From the NCBI GenBank assembly GCA_963718605.1, contig OY970363.1, forward strand, positions 50,404 to 114,403: 64,000 nucleotides of DNA. Direction: 5' to 3'. The notes under the pieces were generated by a model that did not search any database, had not been told where the DNA came from, and was given only the letters and a program-made list of their open reading frames with translations. Positions 57,078 to 64,000 of this stretch are shown in pieces (the stretch's first letter is position 1; the number at the start of each line of letters is the position of its first letter). The translations under genes and the position numbers were made by a program. This DNA is from an uncultured Actinomycetes bacterium. GTDB taxonomy: Bacteria > Actinomycetota > Acidimicrobiia > Acidimicrobiales > JACCXE01.

Positions 57078-59218
57078 GCCGTCGCGGCGGTAAGCGGGTG
57101 CCGCGGCGTCTGCACCAACTCGATGCCGTCGGGCAAGCCGTGCACTTGCACGCCGTTCGCGTCGACGATCACTGATACCCGTCCCCCGCCGAGCGCGATG
57201 TTGTCGACCTTCAACTCGGTCATATTCGGCAAGAGGTCGGGCGACATCCAGATCTGGCCGTGCGGCACCCACGGGTCGAGGCGAAGGATGCTGCGCAAGA
57301 ACGCGAGCGGCGTCGCCGCGGCCCAGGCCTGCGGCGAGCACGACGTGGGGTACGGCACGACGCCGGGGAAGTCGGCGCGGTCGAGCCCGGCAAACAACTC
57401 GGGCAGGCGGCCGCCTTCCATCGCCGCAGCGTCGAGGATGCCGTTGATCACCATGTGCGCTTCCTCGACGAAGCCGTAGCGGATCAGCCCGGCGACGATC
57501 ATCGCGTTGTCGTGCGGCCACACCGACCCGGTGTGGTAGCCGATCGGGTTGTAGCCCGCGCTCTTGGTGGACATGGTGCGCACGCCCCAGCCCGAGAACA
57601 TGTCCGGCGCGGTGAGTGATGCGGCGACGCCCGCGGCCTTTTCGGGCGCAACGACGCCGGTCCACAAACAGTGCCCCTGGTTGGAGCCGATCGCATCGAC
57701 GGGCCTCTTGTCCCCGTCGAGCGCGACCGCGAAGCACTGCTTGTCCGCGAGCCAGAAGTCCTCATTGAAGCGAGCCTTCAGGGCCGCGGCCCGCGCCCGC
57801 CACACGCCCGACTCGTTCTCGCGGCCGAGTTCGTCGAGGAAGTACGCCCACGCGAGATACGCCGCGTACGCGTAGCCCTGCACCTCGGCCAGCGCGATGG
57901 GCGCGCGGGCCAGCGTGCCGTCGGCGAACTGGATCCCGTCCCACGAGTCCTTCCAGCCTTGGTTGGCCAGCCCGTGATCGGTCTTGCGTTGGTACTCGAT
58001 GTAACCGTCACCGTCGGCGTCGCCGTAGTTCACCAACCAGTCGACCGCGGCTTCGGCGTTCGGCGCGAGGGCGTCGACGATCTCGGGCGCCAAGCCCCAC
58101 CGCCGCAACTCGCCGAGCAGGATCACGAACAGCGGCGTCGCGTCAGCCGTGCCGTAATAAATCGTGCCGCCGCCGAGCGACAGCGTCGCCGCCTCGCCGA
58201 AGCGCATTTCATGCAGGATGCGTCCGGGTTCCTCTTCGGTGCGGGCGTCGGACTTCGTGCCCTGGAACCGCGCGAGCGTCTGCAGCACGCCCAGCGCGAG
58301 GTCAGGGTCCACGGGCAACGCCATCCACGAGGTGAACAACGAGTCGCGACCGAACAGCGTCATGAACCATGGCGCGCCCGCGGCGACCACGGCCCGTTCG
58401 GGGTGCTCCGGATCGAACATGCGCAGCGCACCGAGGTCCTCGGCGCCGCGCGCGATCACCGCCGCCAGCGACGGGTGATCGGATTCGACCTCGGGCACGG
58501 CCGCCCGCCACTTGTTCAGCCGCTCTTCGGGCGCCGCCTTGCCGACGGGCACCCCCGGGTGAAAACGCGCCTCGATTCGGTGGCCTTCGATGGACACGGA
58601 GACGCCGATCGACGTCGTCCAGCTTTCGCCGACCGGCACGATCACTTCCCAGGACACACCCTTTTCGGTGAGCCGGCACGCGCCGTCGAACGCCAGATGC
58701 ACGGCCCGGTTCGACTCGCCCCGAACATGCGTGAAGGTGAGTTCCTGGCCGTCGATGCTGGCCTTGGTCGCGGCGCCGCCGACGACGCGCTGTTCCTTCA
58801 CTTCGAACAGGTCGGCGAAGTCGGCTTCGATCGCGAGCTCGAGCAGGCAGTACGCCGGCTCTTTGCCGACGTTGCGCAACTGGATGTCCTCGCGCATGCC
58901 GCGGCCGATCCAGCGGCGTCGAAACACCATCAGCGTCGAGTCGGCTTGGCCCGGTTTCGGCGCTCCTCGCGACACCACGGCGCCGGCGAACGGCTCGGGC
59001 AGCGCATGGGAAAGGAACTCGGGGCGCCCACCGTTCAGGCGCAACTCGAAACGGCTCAGCAGCCGCGAGTCACGAAAGAACAGCCCGTGCGGCGAGCCGA
59101 CGTTGATGTCACCCGACGCGGACGAGATGCAAAACGACGACCCTTCGACGAGTGACAGAACACCGCCGTCACCTGCGATGACGGGCGGCGCATCGACGAA
59201 GGCCCAGGGGTCGGTCAT
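57074..59218 (-). CDS. Amylo-alpha-1,6-glucosidase / glycogen debranching family protein
   Basis: AGAPWFMTLFGRDS, EEPGRILHE, NQGWKDS, YHTGSVWPHD, CSPQAWAA. Confidence 0.9.
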   Translation of the reverse strand: MTDPWAFVDAPPVIAGDGGVLSLVEGSSFCISSASGDINVGSPHGLFFRDSRLLSRFELRLNGGRPEFLSHALPEPFAGAVVSRGAPKPGQADSTLMVFRRRWIGRGMREDIQLRNVGKEPAYCLLELAIEADFADLFEVKEQRVVGGAATKASIDGQELTFTHVRGESNRAVHLAFDGACRLTEKGVSWEVIVPVGESWTTSIGVSVSIEGHRIEARFHPGVPVGKAAPEERLNKWRAAVPEVESDHPSLAAVIARGAEDLGALRMFDPEHPERAVVAAGAPWFMTLFGRDSLFTSWMALPVDPDLALGVLQTLARFQGTKSDARTEEEPGRILHEMRFGEAATLSLGGGTIYYGTADATPLFVILLGELRRWGLAPEIVDALAPNAEAAVDWLVNYGDADGDGYIEYQRKTDHGLANQGWKDSWDGIQFADGTLARAPIALAEVQGYAYAAYLAWAYFLDELGRENESGVWRARAAALKARFNEDFWLADKQCFAVALDGDKRPVDAIGSNQGHCLWTGVVAPEKAAGVAASLTAPDMFSGWGVRTMSTKSAGYNPIGYHTGSVWPHDNAMIVAGLIRYGFVEEAHMVINGILDAAAMEGGRLPELFAGLDRADFPGVVPYPTSCSPQAWAAATPLAFLRSILRLDPWVPHGQIWMSPDLLPNMTELKVDNIALGGGRVSVIVDANGVQVHGLPDGIELVQTPRHPLTAATA

Positions 59219-59281
59219 GAGGTACGAGACGATACCCCCGGTCTATTTCCACTACGTGCGTAGTGGTAATACAATTGTGGG

Positions 59282-60012
<731 letters not shown>

Positions 60013-60022
<10 letters not shown>

Positions 60023-61236
60023 CCCCCCTGGACGCGAAGGTCGTCCGCAAGGACTTTCCGATTTTCAACGAGGGCAAGCTCGTCTACCTCGACTCGGCGT
60101 CGTCGTCGCAGAAGCCCACCGCGGTGATCGAGGCGATGAGCCGCTACTACGAGACCACGCACGCCAATGTGCATCGCGGCGTGTACGCCATCGCCGAAGA
60201 GGCGACGCGGCTCTACGAAGACGCTCGCGCCAAGGTGGCGTCGTTTCTCGGCGGTCGCGCCGACGAGATCGTCTTCACGAAGAACGTCACCGAAGCGTCG
60301 AACCTGTTCGTGCAGAGCTGGGGTCGCCAGAACCTCAAGCCGGGCGACGTCGTGCTGCTCACGCAGATGGAGCACCACGCCATGTTGGTGCCGTGGTTGA
60401 TGCTGGCCCCGCAACTCGGCGTCGAACTGCGGTATCTCGACGTCACGCCCGACGGCTACCTCGACCTGAGCGACCTCGACGCCAAGTTGCAGGGCGTGAA
60501 GTTCGTCGGCGTCACAGCGGCTTCGAATGTGTTGGGCACGCTCAATCCAATCCGCCAGATCACCGACTCCGCCCACGCAGCCGGTGCGGTGGTGTTCGTG
60601 GATGGTGCGCAGTCCGCGCCGCATGTGGCCACCGACGTTCTCGCGCTCGGCTGCGATGCGTTCGGCTGGACCGGCCACAAGATGCTCGGACCCACCGGCA
60701 TCGGCGGTTTGTGGGCCAAGGCCGAGATCCTCGAAGCGATCCCACCGTTCCTCGGTGGCGGCGAGATGATTCGTGACGTCCGCCTCGACGGCTTCGAACC
60801 TAACGACGTGCCCTGGAAGTTCGAGGCCGGCACTCCCCCAATCGCCGAAGCCGTCGGTCTCGGCGCCGCGATCGACTACATCAACGCGCTGGGCATGGAC
60901 GCGATCCGCGCTCACGAATTGGAACTCACCCAGTACGCGTTCGACGCGTTCGCGGCGGCGTACGGCGCTGACCACAAGGTCCACGGCCCGGCCAACGTGC
61001 ACGACCGCACGGGCGTGTTCTCCTTCGAATACAAGGGCATCCACCCGCACGATCTCGCGCAGGTGCTCGACGAGCACGGCGTGTGCGTGCGCGCCGGTCA
61101 TCACTGCGCCAAGCCCTTGATGCGCTGCCTGCAAGTACCCGCCACGGCTCGAGCGTCGTTCTACGTCTACAACGACACGTCCGACGTCGATGCCCTCATC
61201 AACGCGTTGGCCGAGGTCGACGCGTTGTTCTGTTAG
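60013..61236 (+). CDS. sufS: Cysteine desulfurase SufS
   Basis: YLDSA, NVHRG, GHKMLGPTG, RAGHHCA. Confidence 0.95.
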
Positions 61237-61248
61237 GAAATAGCGCAA

Positions 61249-61728
61249 ATGGCCGGCCTCGAAGACCTCTACCGCGAGATCATCCTCGATCACTACCGCT
61301 CACCGCGGAACCGGGGCGTGCTCGACACGCCGCCCGCGCACAAGGTCGAGGGCTACAACCCGCTGTGCGGCGACGAGATCGTGCTGTATCTCCAGGTCGA
61401 GGACGGCGTCGTCAGCGACGTGAAGATTGGCGGACAGGGTTGCTCGATCAGCCAGAGTTCGGCGTCAATGATGTCTGCCGCGATCAAAGGCAAGTCGGTC
61501 GCCGAGGTGCGGGCGCTCGTGCGTGCGTTCAAGGGCCTGATGTCGATTCACGAGAACCGTCTCGGCGGCGACAGCGACGACGCCGCGATGGATGAGGCGC
61601 CGGTCGAAGACGTGAAACTCGGCGACCTCGAAGCACTCCAAGGCGTGGTGAAGTTCCCCGTCCGCATCAAGTGCGCCACCCTCAGCTGGAACACGCTGAC
61701 CCAAGCGCTCGACGAGTCCGGGGTTTAG
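61249..61728 (+). CDS. sufU: SufU sulfur acceptor/scaffold
   Basis: LYREIILDHY, NPLCGD, GCSISQSS, RIKCA. Confidence 0.94.
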   Translation: MAGLEDLYREIILDHYRSPRNRGVLDTPPAHKVEGYNPLCGDEIVLYLQVEDGVVSDVKIGGQGCSISQSSASMMSAAIKGKSVAEVRALVRAFKGLMSIHENRLGGDSDDAAMDEAPVEDVKLGDLEALQGVVKFPVRIKCATLSWNTLTQALDESGV

Positions 61729-61753
61729 GACCTTCATCTCCTAGAGTTCCGGC

Positions 61754-61981
61754 GTGCGCGAATACGCCCCTCACAAGTACGCGACCGAAGACCGCACCGA
61801 CCTGATGCTCAAGGTCCACGACAAGGTCGTGGCGGCCACGAACCTGCCCGGCGTGCCCGAAGGCACCAAGGGCAAAGTGCTGGTGGCCAACGGTATGAAT
61901 TGGCGGCGCTACCGCGTCTTGTTTGAAGACGGCATGGAGCTCGGGCACCTCGACGCCCGGCACATCACGAAGGCGAAGTAG
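61754..61981 (+). CDS. Small hypothetical protein, 75 aa (SH3-like pattern)
   Basis: LPGVPEGTKGKV...W.RYRVLF; TAGAGT -10 box 6 nt before GTG. Confidence 0.7.
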   Translation: MREYAPHKYATEDRTDLMLKVHDKVVAATNLPGVPEGTKGKVLVANGMNWRRYRVLFEDGMELGHLDARHITKAK

Positions 61982-61986
61982 GAGTC

Positions 61987-62730
61987 ATGGGGGGACGGCT
62001 GGAAGGCAAGGTCGCACTGATCTCGGGCGGCGCCCGCGGTCAAGGCGCCACCGAGGCAGAACTGTTCGTCAACGAAGGCGCGCAGGTCGTGATCGGTGAC
62101 GTGCTCGACGACGAAGGCAAGGCCACCGCCGAGCGCATCGGGCCGAACTGCAAATACGTCCACCTCGACGTGACGCAGGAAGAGGACTGGGCCGCCGCAC
62201 TCGCGACCACCACCGACGAGTTCGGCACGCCGGACGTGTTGATCAACAACGCGGGCATCTTCATCATCCGCCCGATCGTGATGACCTCGCTCGACGACTT
62301 CGAGCGCGTCACCCGGATCAACCAGACCGGCGTGTTCCTCGGCATCAAGGCCGTCGGGCCCGCGATGTGTCAGGCCGGCCGCGGATCGATTATCAACATC
62401 TCGTCGGTCGCAGGCCTCAAGGGCGCCGCGGGCACGATCGCGTACAGCGCGTCGAAATGGGCGGTGCGGGGCATGACCAAGGTCGCCGCCAACGAGTTCG
62501 CCTCGTTCGGCGTGCGCGTGAACTCGGTCCACCCCGGCATCATCGACACGCCGATGGCCGAGGAGTTCAAGAGCATGGGTGTGATGGACGCCGTACGCGA
62601 GGCCATCCCCATGGGCAAAGAGACCGGGCCCGAAACCGTGGCGAAGCTTGTGCTGTTCCTCGCCTCTGACGACTCGTTCTACTCAACCGGTTCAGAGTTT
62701 GTTGTCGACGGAGGGATGGTCGCCCGATGA
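61987..62730 (+). CDS. SDR oxidoreductase (3-alpha,20-beta-hydroxysteroid dehydrogenase-like)
   Basis: SGGARGQG, NNAG, YSASK, VNSVHPG, TGSEFVVDGG. Confidence 0.92.
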   Translation: MGGRLEGKVALISGGARGQGATEAELFVNEGAQVVIGDVLDDEGKATAERIGPNCKYVHLDVTQEEDWAAALATTTDEFGTPDVLINNAGIFIIRPIVMTSLDDFERVTRINQTGVFLGIKAVGPAMCQAGRGSIINISSVAGLKGAAGTIAYSASKWAVRGMTKVAANEFASFGVRVNSVHPGIIDTPMAEEFKSMGVMDAVREAIPMGKETGPETVAKLVLFLASDDSFYSTGSEFVVDGGMVAR

Positions 62731-62918
62731 AGGTCGTAGTCGATTTCGACATTTGCCAAAGCAACGCGGTCTGCATGGATGTCGCACCCAAGATCTTCGA
62801 AGTCCGCGATGACGGCTACCTCTACGTGCTTCAAGAGTCGCCGCCGGAATCGCAGCGCGCCGAAGCCGAAGAAGCCGCCGAACGCTGCCCCACCGGCGCA
62901 ATAACCATCGAGGGCTAA
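62727..62918 (+). CDS. Single-cluster ferredoxin ([3Fe-4S]-type)
   Basis: CQSNAVC...CP, 63 aa. Confidence 0.9.
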   Translation: MKVVVDFDICQSNAVCMDVAPKIFEVRDDGYLYVLQESPPESQRAEAEEAAERCPTGAITIEG

Positions 62919-63574
62919 GCGTCGGCTAGCAGCATCCGCTCGATCGCATCGGCGAGCCACTTCTCGTAACGATCGAACGACCAGCCGTAGTCGCCCACGA
63001 GCATGTCGGCCACCTGGGGGCTGTACAGGACGTACAACGTGGCCGCCGCCGTCTGAACGCTTACGCGCAGGTCGCCGCCGCCCACAAGCTTTGCCGAGGC
63101 CGCCATTTCCTCACGGCGTACCGCGCGCATCGAGTCATACAGCGGGGCGAATTCAGGATCCACCGCCGCTGCCTCCGCAGCCACGCGTACTATCGGTCCA
63201 ACGCGCTCGATGATCCCCCGGCTGAGCTTGGCCGCCATCGCCGCGCGTCGGTGCGGGTCTGACTCGGCACTCAGCGCGACAGTCTCGGGCCGTTCGGTGA
63301 TGGCCTCGGGTTCGTCGTCACCGGTAATGGCAGTCTCGATGAGCTGAATCATTAGTTCACGCTTGTTTCGAAAGACGGCGTAGACGGTTTGCACCGCGAC
63401 GCCCGCCTCGTCCGCGATCGACTGCATCGAGGTCGACCCAAAGCCGTTCGCCACGAAAAGTCGCCGGGCGCCCTCGATGATGGCCCAGCGCGTCGCCTTG
63501 GCCTGCTCGTGGCGCTTCGCCGAGACGTAGCTGCGCTTGCGGTCTGGAGAATCGCCCTTGACACTTCGCGCCAT
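62915..63574 (-). CDS. TetR-family regulator
   Basis: LFVANGF..TSMQSIADEAGVAVQTVYAVF.NK. Confidence 0.92.
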   Translation of the reverse strand: MARSVKGDSPDRKRSYVSAKRHEQAKATRWAIIEGARRLFVANGFGSTSMQSIADEAGVAVQTVYAVFRNKRELMIQLIETAITGDDEPEAITERPETVALSAESDPHRRAAMAAKLSRGIIERVGPIVRVAAEAAAVDPEFAPLYDSMRAVRREEMAASAKLVGGGDLRVSVQTAAATLYVLYSPQVADMLVGDYGWSFDRYEKWLADAIERMLLADA

Positions 63575-63577
63575 GTC

Positions 63578-63614
63578 GATAGAGTATCGCTCTATCCAAT
63601 AGAGTTAACCTCTA
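63578..63614. promoter_or_regulatory. Tandem TetR operator, 2 x TAGAG-N5-CTCTA
   Basis: GATAGAG-TATCG-CTCTATC (63578-63596) and TAGAG-TTAAC-CTCTA (63600-63614) between tetR and the divergent gene. Confidence 0.75.
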
Positions 63615-63639
63615 CTGAATTTAAGAGTCAGGAGTCATC

Positions 63640-63912
63640 ATGGGATACGCAACTCTGATGGAGTTCGACGTGGACCTCGACACGCATCGCAAAATCGTTG
63701 ACGCTGTCGGGGACGAGCCCGGGAAGGGTCTGATTGTGCACGCCGCGGGCCCGTCGGCGAACGGTGTTTACAGCCTTGACGTGTGGGACTCGAAGGAGGA
63801 CGCCGACCGTTACTTTGTCGAGCGCATCATCCCGGCGATGGAAAAGGCCGGCATCGCGGGCGGCCCTCCCCTCAGCGTCCAAGAGTTCGACCTGCCGGTA
63901 ATCGTCCGCTGA
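63640..63912 (+). CDS. Small hypothetical protein (ABM/dimeric alpha-beta barrel-like)
   Basis: GLIVHAAG...DVWDS...RI.PA; AGGAG RBS. Confidence 0.75.
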   Translation: MGYATLMEFDVDLDTHRKIVDAVGDEPGKGLIVHAAGPSANGVYSLDVWDSKEDADRYFVERIIPAMEKAGIAGGPPLSVQEFDLPVIVR

Positions 63913-64000
63913 TAACCGCATAGGTGCAGCCCGTACGACTGCGATGCTGCACGGGTGGAACCGGCGACGAAGGACGGGCTGTGGGTTCCGGCCCGTCGCG

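Noticed and set aside
63924-64000. T-box-like GGGTGGAACC between two hairpins at the window end
   Set aside because: Imperfect match, no room for a specifier stem after the upstream stop, and the context is truncated by the window edge.

Overview
High-GC actinobacterial chromosomal segment. Gene content and style (fab cluster with InhA-like FabI, LipB-LipA fusion, many leaderless genes) suggest class Acidimicrobiia; this is an inference. It is mostly housekeeping and metabolic DNA: a type II fatty acid synthase cluster, pepA, cobalamin adenosyltransferase, msrB-metH, egtD-egtB, lpdA-dlaT-lipBA, thiG-thiH, thiS-thiE, aceE, rnhA and sufC-sufS-sufU. I found no rRNA, tRNA, CRISPR array, transposase or integrase. 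The first ~11.4 kb has many single-base frameshifts that look like assembly errors. The best leads are six. (1) A ~260-nt structured intergenic element at 52354-52613 with two extended copies of the 16S rRNA 3' end/Shine-Dalgarno motif, a 13-codon ORF and a terminator-like hairpin. (2) A translationally coupled YcaO / E1-like / stand-alone RRE triad whose YcaO has lost its catalytic motifs and which has no precursor peptide nearby. (3) A biotinyl/lipoyl-fold protein lacking the attachment lysine, inside the fab operon with an orphan carboxyltransferase. (4) A perfect 26-bp inverted repeat that both supplies and hides the RBS of lipBA right after the dlaT stop. (5) Two genes that appear to start at CTG in CTGA overlaps. 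(6) Dispersed REP-like hairpin families and a self-contained LuxR mini-regulon with visible operators.
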